Part shown: piece by piece, positions 18,933-27,600 of the stretch | How positions within the stretch are numbered: position 1 is the stretch's first letter | Layout of the letters: every line of letters starts with the position of its first letter | NCBI GenBank assembly: GCA_035528415.1 | Contig: DATKYQ010000044.1 | Coordinates: 4,473 to 68,472 of the forward strand | DNA: 64,000 bases | Direction: 5' to 3' | DNA from: Myxococcota bacterium | GTDB taxonomy: Bacteria > Myxococcota > B64-G9 | Made by a program: the position numbers and the translations under genes | The notes under the pieces: model-generated | What the model saw: only the letters and a program-made list of their open reading frames with translations | Told to the model about the DNA's origin: nothing | Database searches by the model: none

Positions 18933-19691
18933 GTGTCCAGCGATAACGGAATAGAAATACAGGCACGGGATCTTACCAAGACCTTTGCCGCCGGGAAGGG
19001 CAAGCAGCTCTGTGCGGTGAACGGGTTGAGCTTCGAGGCGCAGCGTGGCGAGGTTTTCGGGCTACTGGGAATGAACGGCGCCGGTAAGACCACGACGCTG
19101 CGCATGTTGGCGACAATGTTGACGCCGACGAGGGGCGATGCACAGGTGGCCGGCTACTCGGTAACCCGCAAGCCCGAGGAGGTGCGGCGCCGAATTGGTT
19201 TCATGTCCAGCGCCACGAGTCTTTACGGTCGTCTGACGGCCCGCGAGATGATCGCATACTTCGGCCACCTGCACGGCATGAGTAATGATCGCATTGCCCG
19301 GCGCACGCAGGAGTTGTTCACCCTGCTGGACATGCATGCTTTCGCCGATCGCCGCTGTGACCGTTTGTCGTCGGGAATGAAGCAGAAGGTCTCGATAGTC
19401 AGGACGGTGCTGCACGATCCCGACGTGATGATCTTAGACGAGCCCACCACCGGTCTCGATGTCCTGACTTCCAGGGTGATCGTCGATTTCATCAAGGACT
19501 GCCGCGCCCGTGGCCGCTGCGTCGTGCTGTCCACTCATATAATGTCCGAGGTGGAGAAACTGGCAGATCGGGTGGGAGTGATCCACGCGGGCAAGCTTCT
19601 GAGCTGCGAGACAATTAACGACCTTCGCGCCCGAACACCCGGCGGCCGGGTCGAGGATGCTTTTATCAAACTGGTCGAAGGGCTATCCTGA
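18933..19691 (+). CDS. ABC transporter ATP-binding protein (ABC-2/NatA-like)
   Basis: GTG start preceded by GGGAGAG; Walker A GMNGAGKTTT, signature LSSGMKQKVSIV, Walker B MILDEPTTGLD. Confidence 0.85.
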   Translation: MSSDNGIEIQARDLTKTFAAGKGKQLCAVNGLSFEAQRGEVFGLLGMNGAGKTTTLRMLATMLTPTRGDAQVAGYSVTRKPEEVRRRIGFMSSATSLYGRLTAREMIAYFGHLHGMSNDRIARRTQELFTLLDMHAFADRRCDRLSSGMKQKVSIVRTVLHDPDVMILDEPTTGLDVLTSRVIVDFIKDCRARGRCVVLSTHIMSEVEKLADRVGVIHAGKLLSCETINDLRARTPGGRVEDAFIKLVEGLS

Positions 19692-19708
19692 TCACTGGAG
19701 GCGTGGCC

Positions 19709-20092
19709 ATGAAGGGATCCTGGAAAAAGTCCTGGTTCGTACATTCATACCCGGACGCGGTAATACGCATGATCAAGCTCATGCCGCGTGTCTACGAGGA
19801 TGGCGCCCTGGCCGGAATAGTGGGCTGGATGGGCCGGACCTACTCTCACCAGCGCAGGGACGCTCGTCCCAAGTCCCCGAAACTTTCGGTCGACAAAGGC
19901 GAGCGGCTGATTTTCCAGCACGATCAGATTACCCCTTTCACCTACACTGTTCAGATGAAAGAACAAGAAGGCGGGACACAGATTGAGGTCGAGGTAAAAA
20001 CATCCGGCAGCAGCCGGGACACGACCTCCAGCGAACAGGTCGTGACGCTTCTCTTCGCTTTAACCAAGGCGCTGGAGCCAGGCACGGGTTAA
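19709..20092 (+). CDS. Small hypothetical protein (about 127 aa)
   Basis: ORF directly downstream of the ABC ATPase on the same strand; no recognisable motifs. Confidence 0.4.
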   Translation: MKGSWKKSWFVHSYPDAVIRMIKLMPRVYEDGALAGIVGWMGRTYSHQRRDARPKSPKLSVDKGERLIFQHDQITPFTYTVQMKEQEGGTQIEVEVKTSGSSRDTTSSEQVVTLLFALTKALEPGTG

Positions 20093-20904
20093 GTGCGGCG
20101 CGGGGCTCTTCCCAGTAGTGACTCAAGCTCGGCGGCGACGTCGGCGGCATTATTCAAAAACGGACGGTAGAGCACCTTCTGGGCCCCCTGGTGGATCGCC
20201 TCAACTGCCCCTTCCAGGCCGTGCACCATGGCCACGGCCACAAAATTCACTTCGGGATGGATCATCAACGTGCTCCGCAGAAAACAGGCCCCGGCGTTGT
20301 CACGCTGGAGAATCTCGAGCTCGCAGATCAAAGCGTCTGCCTCTTTCGCTCTCAGAGACTCCAGGATCCTCGACACTTTTCTGACCGGCACGGCTTTGTG
20401 TCCCAACAATTCGACGCCCTCGCGCAACAGGCCGCCGATTCGCTCATCGCTTTCGCAGATCAGCACCCGGCACCTGTCCGCCGCCGGACGCGTGCTTTTC
20501 GAACGACGGCTGCGTTTATCGCGCCGATCGAGCACCTCGATCACCTTGGCCTCGAGGTCGGCGACATCGAACGGCTTGACGATGTAGTCGTCTACACCGA
20601 TGGCCATGGCCTCTTCGGCCGACTCGCGCGATGCATAAGCGGTGATCAGCAGGGTGGCTATGTTGGCGTCGTGTGCCTTGGCCCGCCTGATGACGTCAAG
20701 CCCGGTGATTCCGGGCAGGTTTTTATCGACGATCAGTAAATCGAAGTGCTCTTTAAGCGCCAGCGAGATAGCCTTCTCTCCGTCGGGGGCATAGACAAGG
20801 TACATCCCCGGACGTTCGAGGGTGTTGCGGACAACCTCCCAGACGACGACCTCGTCATCAACCACAAGAATACGGCAGGGTCTGTCAACAAACGCCGCGC
20901 TCAA
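20089..20904 (-). CDS. Response regulator, receiver domain plus second divergent receiver-like domain
   Basis: CRILVVDDEVVV ... LLIVDKNLPGITGLDV ... LLITAYAS ... DDYIVKPFD match REC-domain landmarks (phospho-acceptor Asp in LLIVD). Confidence 0.7.
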   Translation of the reverse strand: MSAAFVDRPCRILVVDDEVVVWEVVRNTLERPGMYLVYAPDGEKAISLALKEHFDLLIVDKNLPGITGLDVIRRAKAHDANIATLLITAYASRESAEEAMAIGVDDYIVKPFDVADLEAKVIEVLDRRDKRSRRSKSTRPAADRCRVLICESDERIGGLLREGVELLGHKAVPVRKVSRILESLRAKEADALICELEILQRDNAGACFLRSTLMIHPEVNFVAVAMVHGLEGAVEAIHQGAQKVLYRPFLNNAADVAAELESLLGRAPRRT

Positions 20905-21008
20905 GTCAATCGTCCCTTTCTTCTCACAATAGATGACATTCTAGCGCTGCCGTGGGAGCTATACAAGCTTCCTTATCGATCTGCTTGCATTCAGCACGGT
21001 GACTGGCT

Positions 21009-22097
21009 ATGCTCGCGACGATTCCCGGACCTGGAGGATCGTTGGAAGATTTTCCTCGAGTCGAAAGCTACACCATCCAGGTAAAGCTGTTAAGCGATTT
21101 CCTGGCACATATCCGGCGCTGCAAGAATGAGTTGGCCGGTCTCGATCCCGCCGAGACCCAGGCTCTGTGTCTCCAGGCCGCCTCCAACGCGGCCGGCGGG
21201 TCTCCGGCTATTTTGCTGGCGGCCGATTCAGGAGGCTCTCTTTTCAGCCTCGACCTTGCTTCGGCCCAGCTCGACTGCGATCCCGAAAAGCTGAAGTTGC
21301 GACTCTCGTTCGGCGATCGCAAAGAAGTAGCCGGAAACCCCTCCTTGCTTTGCGAACTGCCTGCTTTCCGCGGCATGGTCCGCGATGCCTTCGGTCGCGA
21401 GAACGCTTTCGGCAGGGCCATGGTGCGCGATGCCCAGCCAAGCGGCGCACTTGTTATCCTGCCTCCGGCCGGACGCTCGTTCACGGCCGAGGAAGTCGGA
21501 ATGCTGCATCCTTTGACTTCGCAGATCGACTCTCTGCTCGAGGCATCCGAGATGTTCGCCGCCTTGATTCACCAGTCGCTGGTCGACGAACCGACCGGCC
21601 TGTTCAATCATCGTTACCTGCGCACCCGTCTTTCGGCCGAGATCTCTCGGGCTTCGCGCTACGGTCATCCGCTCTCGATCATCTTTTGCAAGTTGGACGA
21701 CTTTTCCGTCTACCTGGAAAACAACGGCCGGTATGCCGCCGACCGGCTGGTGAAGGATTTGGCGGCATTTCTCAACACCCGTACAAGGCCCGAGCCGGGC
21801 TCGTTTTGTTTCCGGGCCTCCGATGTCACTTTCCACTACGAAGTGAACAAGTTCGCGGCGCTGCTTCCCGAGACACCCAGATCGGGCGCCATTATAAAGG
21901 CCGGCCGGCTGGTAAAAGCGGTGGCCGGAACCAGCTTTATCGGCGGACGCGCCCAGCCGCAGGGCGCAATCACCGTCAGCGTCGGCGTGGCCACTTTCCC
22001 CGACGATGCCTCTGACGCCGTATCGATGCTGGACATGGCAGACCGAGCGTTATCGGCCGCCCGTAAGGCGGGAAAGAATAACGTCCAGGGCGTTTGA
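21009..22097 (+). CDS. GAF-like plus degenerate GGDEF domain protein (likely catalytically inactive; candidate c-di-GMP effector)
   Basis: GGDEF-domain landmarks LFNHRYL, RYGHPLSIIFCKLDDFSVYLENNG, VSVGVATFP, ADRALSAARKAGKNNV are present, but the GG[DE]EF signature is replaced by YEVNKF. Confidence 0.65.
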   Translation: MLATIPGPGGSLEDFPRVESYTIQVKLLSDFLAHIRRCKNELAGLDPAETQALCLQAASNAAGGSPAILLAADSGGSLFSLDLASAQLDCDPEKLKLRLSFGDRKEVAGNPSLLCELPAFRGMVRDAFGRENAFGRAMVRDAQPSGALVILPPAGRSFTAEEVGMLHPLTSQIDSLLEASEMFAALIHQSLVDEPTGLFNHRYLRTRLSAEISRASRYGHPLSIIFCKLDDFSVYLENNGRYAADRLVKDLAAFLNTRTRPEPGSFCFRASDVTFHYEVNKFAALLPETPRSGAIIKAGRLVKAVAGTSFIGGRAQPQGAITVSVGVATFPDDASDAVSMLDMADRALSAARKAGKNNVQGV

Positions 22098-22139
22098 TTA
22101 GGGCGGCAACATCGTCAGGGCGGCGCTCCAACAGACCGA

Positions 22140-24071
22140 TCAAAAGATTCGGGCTGCACGCCGCAGGCCCAGGAACGCCAGCGCGGCCAGCAGTATCAGG
22201 CCCGTGCCCGTGCACGCGCTATGGCAGCCCGAGCAGCCGGCGGCCTGGTCGGGGGCGGTCAGTTCCTCGATCTTTTGGGCCACTTGCCGCCGGGCGTCGA
22301 GCAGGACGTTTTCGTCCAGGGTCCAGGGCTGGTCGTCGGGGCAGTAGTAGGACTCGTCCGAGGCCTGGCAGTCCTCGTAGAACAGGTCGCCGAAGCGGCT
22401 GTAGGCCCGCCTAACCTGCTGGCGGACGAAGTCCTCGGCGCCCAGGTCGCTTGCCAGGCGGAACATCTCCCAGTCCTCCAGGCCGTCGCGGATCTGCTTG
22501 AGACGGAAGCTCTCGATCGGCCCGTCGATGGCGATCTCCGGCGGCGACCCCTTGCCCCCGGCCGTGCCGTCGTGATCGCCGGGGTAGAGCAGAAAGCCGT
22601 CGCCGTTGCGGGCGCTCAGATCACCGAACTCGTCCAGGTTGAGCAGCACGTGCCAGGGATCGTCTTCGACCCAGTAGTTGGTCCTCCAGTACAAAAAGCC
22701 CGTGGCCCGCTCGAACCAGGCGCCCCACTTGACGATCCGCGGCTCGTAGCCGATGGCCGAGTCGAGGTCGTAGCCGGCGTAGGGCGGGGTGTTGTGGTTG
22801 CAGACGTAGAACCACAGCTCCTCGCCCAGCGCCAGCCGCTCGGTGTAGGTGTCCCAGCCGGCCTTGGGCTCCCAGGAGTAGAACCAGTCATCGTACATCG
22901 GGGTGACCGGGCACCAGATGCCGATCCGGCCGGCGACCCGCTCGTCGAACGGGCCGGTGACCAGCACGTGGCCCTTCCACAATGGGCTTGCCGCCTCCAG
23001 GCGCTCGGCGTCCTCGGCGATCTGGGCGTAGGTGCCGTCGGGGTCGGAGCGGCCCCAGGGCTCGTCGGTGGCGTAGACGTAGGCCCGCTGCCACCAGCCC
23101 TGCTCCTGTAGGTGCTCGGCAAAGGCCGCGGCTGCCACCTTGTACTGGGCCTCGGTCAACGAGCCCAGTCCGCTGCCGGGCCTGAAGCGCCCGACGTTGA
23201 AACGGGTCATGCCCACCCCGTCCGGGAAGCGGCTGCCGTCGAGCCAGGGGCCGACGGCCGCGTCGTAGCCGCTCCAGTCGACCGGCAGGAGCTGGTCGCC
23301 GTCGAACTCGAAGTCGACCGGTCCGTCGATCGTGGTCGGGTCGATGCGGTTCTCGTGCAGGGCCATGTAGTAGCGGTCGGTGATCGCCGGGACGTCCCCG
23401 GCCGGCGCCCCCTCGGGCCCGCCGTGGAAGCGGCGGACTAGGTTGGCGCTGAAGCCGAAGGCGGTGCCGATGCTGCGCTCCCGCGGGATGGCGAAGCTCC
23501 AGACCGTCAAATGGATCGGCAGCTCGACCGCCTGCCGGCCCTCGGCCGTCACCCGGGCGCTGCCGGTGTAGTCGCCTGCGGCCGCGTCCAGCGGCACGTG
23601 CCAGTCGACAAAGATCACCTCGGTCTCACCCGCGGCCAGGTCGAAGGGCGCGCCGACCGGCCGCTCGTCGTCCGAGTAAGGATCGTGGAAAGGGATCAGC
23701 GGATCAGGGTAGAGCCCGGCGGCCCGCTCGTGCAGCGTGACCCACAACGACGAAGGGTGGGTCACCTCGACGAAGTACTCGCGGTAAAGCCGGGCGGCCG
23801 AGGCCGGAATGCAAGCCCCGCCCGCCGCGCACAGCTCGGACAGGCTGACGTCGACGCTAGAGGCGCCGGCCTCGTCGCGAATGACGATCTGGAACGCCTC
23901 CCACTCGTTGCGGGCCGCCTCCAGCTCGGCCTCCACAGCCTGCGGCATCGGCGTGGCCGGCAGGATCTTGCGGGTCGAAGGTGCAACACCCAAATCGAAG
24001 GCCCGAGCCGGGCCGGACCAGACCCCGAGCAAGACCGCCAGGGCAAAGGTCGCAATGTGCCGCTTGTACAT
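22140..24071 (-). CDS. Secreted DUF4091/GH123-like putative glycoside hydrolase with MYXO-CTERM-like tail
   Basis: Signal peptide MYKRHIATFALAVLLGVWSGPARA; blocks EAFQIVIRDE, LTVWSFAIP, YVYATDEPW consistent with DUF4091 (family assignment from memory, moderate); C-terminus AAGCSGCHSACTGTGLILLAALAFLGLRRAARIF. Confidence 0.6.
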   Translation of the reverse strand: MYKRHIATFALAVLLGVWSGPARAFDLGVAPSTRKILPATPMPQAVEAELEAARNEWEAFQIVIRDEAGASSVDVSLSELCAAGGACIPASAARLYREYFVEVTHPSSLWVTLHERAAGLYPDPLIPFHDPYSDDERPVGAPFDLAAGETEVIFVDWHVPLDAAAGDYTGSARVTAEGRQAVELPIHLTVWSFAIPRERSIGTAFGFSANLVRRFHGGPEGAPAGDVPAITDRYYMALHENRIDPTTIDGPVDFEFDGDQLLPVDWSGYDAAVGPWLDGSRFPDGVGMTRFNVGRFRPGSGLGSLTEAQYKVAAAAFAEHLQEQGWWQRAYVYATDEPWGRSDPDGTYAQIAEDAERLEAASPLWKGHVLVTGPFDERVAGRIGIWCPVTPMYDDWFYSWEPKAGWDTYTERLALGEELWFYVCNHNTPPYAGYDLDSAIGYEPRIVKWGAWFERATGFLYWRTNYWVEDDPWHVLLNLDEFGDLSARNGDGFLLYPGDHDGTAGGKGSPPEIAIDGPIESFRLKQIRDGLEDWEMFRLASDLGAEDFVRQQVRRAYSRFGDLFYEDCQASDESYYCPDDQPWTLDENVLLDARRQVAQKIEELTAPDQAAGCSGCHSACTGTGLILLAALAFLGLRRAARIF

Positions 24072-24179
24072 GGGTCTGCCCTCCGGCTATGTTCGATACC
24101 ACCGGATGCTACCACCGCCCGCCAATCCCGATCCACCTCCACGGATGGAAGCCCCTTCGAAGGTGACAAACGAACCCCA

Positions 24180-24674
24180 ATGGCGGCCCAACGGCGAATC
24201 ATGATCACGGGCGCCTTTTCCTACACCGGAAGCGCGGTGGCGGCTGCACAGCACCGGCGCGGCTTCAGGCTGTCCACCCTTACCAACCGCACTCGGCCCG
24301 TCAATCCGCCCCCGTGCAACATCGAAACATACCCGCTCGGCTTCGGGGATCCCGGCCAGCTGGCCGAATGCCTGCATGGCGTGGAAGTCCTGGTCAACAA
24401 CATCGCCTGGTTCATCCGCCGCTTTCCCTTCTTCGCCTTGCCCGGAGACGGGCGCTACCGCCTGCAGCCGATCACCCTGCAAGACACCGGCGAGATAATC
24501 GCCGACGCCTGCGAAGCCGAAGACGACGCCGTCATGGACGCGGCCGGGCCGCGGATAGTCAGCTTCGAAGAGCTGGTGAGAGCGATCGCCCGGGCGGTTG
24601 GCTGCAAACCGCATATTGTCCATCTGCCGGGCTGGCTCTCACTTGTCTTGCTCAAGAATGTACAGGGCGCCTGA
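24180..24674 (+). CDS. Short NAD(P)-binding Rossmann-like protein (NmrA/epimerase-like; possibly truncated)
   Basis: MAAQRRIMITGAFSYTGSAV resembles the GxxGxxG N-terminus of atypical SDR/epimerases; about 165 aa is short for the family; the 5' 670 nt of the track ORF overlap the convergent gene and are rejected. Confidence 0.4.
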   Translation: MAAQRRIMITGAFSYTGSAVAAAQHRRGFRLSTLTNRTRPVNPPPCNIETYPLGFGDPGQLAECLHGVEVLVNNIAWFIRRFPFFALPGDGRYRLQPITLQDTGEIIADACEAEDDAVMDAAGPRIVSFEELVRAIARAVGCKPHIVHLPGWLSLVLLKNVQGA

Positions 24675-24696
24675 TATCGACGACCGGCGACGGTTC

Positions 24697-27600
24697 TCAC
24701 TGCGGATAGATGAAGGTCACGCCGTTGATGTCGGAAGTCGCCAGGGTGACGCGTGAGGGATCGCACGGGCCGATGGCGTAGTACATGGTCGCGTCCTGGA
24801 CGTTGGGATGATCGAGACCCAACAGGTGCCCCTCTTCGTGCGTGGCCACGCCCTCGATGTCGGTCAACTGGCTCGACCAGCACGAAGACGCCGCCGCCTC
24901 GGCGTTGGTGCCGAAGGGAACCCCGTCGTTGAAGACAATATCCGAGTCGGTGATGCGGTAGAAAGTGATGCCGTTGGTAACCATGCTCTGGCCGTTGGTG
25001 TAGGCGATGATCGTAGCTCCCAGTGTGCCCGTTCCCAGGTCTCCGTCGGGATCGCCGAAAGTCATGGTGTTGTGCCCGTCCCACGAGGCGAACCCGCCGC
25101 TCGACGTTGAGGCCGTCTCCTGGAAAGTGATCGTCGCCGTGGCAACGTCCTGCCAGTGTTGGAACCCGTTGCTCACGGCGCCACGTGCCTCGGCCTGGGT
25201 CAGGCCGGCCTGTGAGTTGCCGTTGACGAAGCGGAATTCGACCGGCATGTCCTGGGGAAACCACTTGCGGGCGGGATTGAGCAACTCGAAGACATCGGTA
25301 GTGCCAACCGTCTGGGAAGACGGCCCGTCGATGTTGTTGCCCTCGTTCGATTCGGCCACCGCCTGCATTGTGTCGCACTGCACGTAGGCGCTGTACTCGC
25401 CGGGATCGGCGTCGGAAAGAACCAGGTCGACGGGAATGCTGTCTCCCATTGCCAGTTCGTCGTAGCTCTGGTTCCAGTTGCCGTCCTGGCTGGCAGTGGG
25501 CGGGTTTTCGAGATCGATGTACAGATCGAGCCTGAAAGGATTCACGCAATCGACGTTGCCCTGGTTGGTAACCACGAAGTGGTAGTGAATGTCATTGCCG
25601 GCCAAGGCGGTCGTGAACTCACTGAAAGTCAGATCAACCACTCCTCCGGCTAATCTCAGCGGCAGGCTGTCGGTCCAGTGGTTCACCCCGTCTGTGATGT
25701 CGAGATCCAGCATGTACTGATAGGCATCGGCTCCAGAGGAGATCTGCACCTGGTAGCCCGAAGCCGCTTTCGTCTGGCCGGCCGCGATGGTTCCGTAACT
25801 CCCGCTGTCGTGACCAGCGACAACCGTAACATCCGCATCGGTCGAAGATATCGTGGCCGTCACGTTGGTCGCGTCCTCGGCACCATCGTTTTTCAAGGTA
25901 ATGTTCAGATTGACCGAGTCGCCCGGCGCGGGGCTGGCCGGCGTACTGGTGTGTGAATCGTAGTTCAGTTCCGTGGCCTGGCAGCCGTGCGGGCGCAGCA
26001 TGGCAGAGATTCCCTGTGCCGTCCAACTCGAGCCGCTCTGATCCCAGAGCACGCCGTTGCTCCATGACGGGTTGTTCCCGTCGTCGGCTAACACTGCGAA
26101 GTATTCCAGGGACGAAAGATCGCTTTGCGACTCGACCAGCGCGAAGAAGGTATTGCCCTGCTTGAACGTCAGCGCCGTGGGCAGGTTGAATACATGGCTT
26201 ATGGGTGTGTTGTTGCCCGGACCCGAGACGGACTCCCAGCCCGAGGTCGAGATAAGTTGATCGGGGGCGCCGGCCAGGTAGGTGTAAACCTTGACCCGGA
26301 AGTTTCTCGAGGCCGGGCTAGCCACCGTCTTGTAGAACTGCACCTCGACCCCGGTCATGTTGAAGGAAGTTGAGTCGACCGCGAAGTAGTTTCCGAACAT
26401 ATCGCCCGCCGCCAGTGGCATGACGTAGGTGGCCGTGTCGTTGTCGGCGGCCAGGGCATGGTTGTCCTGGCTGCAGCCGCTGCCCTGGACGTACAGGCCG
26501 AAGGCGTGACCCCACGAATTGGCGCCGTCCGAACTTGCCAGGCTCATGCCGTAGATGCCGAAGGCGACAGCGTCCGGCAGTACCGAGAAGTTGGGGCTTC
26601 CGGCAGCCACGCCGTCAATTGCGATGTTTCCGAACGAGGTGCTGTCCGCGGTGATTGCCATCTCGGGTTTTTCGCAAGACAACACCCCGTTGACTCCGCT
26701 TGCGGCAGCGAAGCCCCGGTTGTGCAGCGAGGCGCTGAGAGTGACTGCGCTGCCCGGCTGCGCGATGGCCGGAGTCGATGAGTGGGATTGCAATTCGAGC
26801 CACGGCCCGTCGCCGCAACCCTCGACCCTGATCTGCCAGTTGCCGTTTGCCTGGTAGTACTGGCCGTCGGTGGCGTCGTGCAGGAAGCCGCCCATGTAGG
26901 GAATCAGCGCCGGCGGGCAGAAGATGGGCAAAAAGGCGTCGCCGTTGCCCTGGTCGTCGGTCTCCTGCTCGTGAGAGTGAACCGCCACCCAGAACAACTG
27001 ACCATTGGTGAAAGATACGGGCGCAGGCAGAACGAAAGTGGCCCAGGCTATGTCCTGGGGATCGCTCTCGGGATCGCAGCCGCCCTGCCTGCCGACCGCC
27101 TGGGTGGCGCTGGCCGCGAGTTCCTGGCCAACCGCCCCGGCGTCATCGGCATAGATGTGTACCGAGTATTGACCCTGGTCTCCACCACTGTCGCAGTTGA
27201 AGTCATAGAAGGCGGCCTTGACCTGGATGACGTTATAGGAACTCGACTCGACGAAGAAGGCGTTCAGCGCCTCGTCGTCGGTGTCAATCATGTAGGCGCC
27301 GCCGAACGTGTCGTTGTCGATCACCAGTTCCGCGGCCGGATCGACGGCCGAGCAGCCCGAGCAGCCCTCGTCGGTCAGGTAGTTGCAATTGTTGTCCTTG
27401 CTATCGCCGCAAATCTCCGGCGCGCCGGGATGGCTGTTGGGATCGTTATCGTCGCAATCATCGCCCCCGCAGGCCTGGTCGCCGTACGTATCCAGGTCGA
27501 CGTCCTGGGGATCGCCGACACAGAAACCATTGGAGCAGTGGTCATTGATCATGCAAGGATCCGCATGCACACAGTTAGCGCCGTCGTCCGGCGGGAAAAC

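Noticed and set aside
23511-24179. 5' two-thirds of the 387-aa plus-strand ORF
   Set aside because: It overlaps the well-supported minus-strand DUF4091-like gene. Only the part after 24180 has protein-like features.
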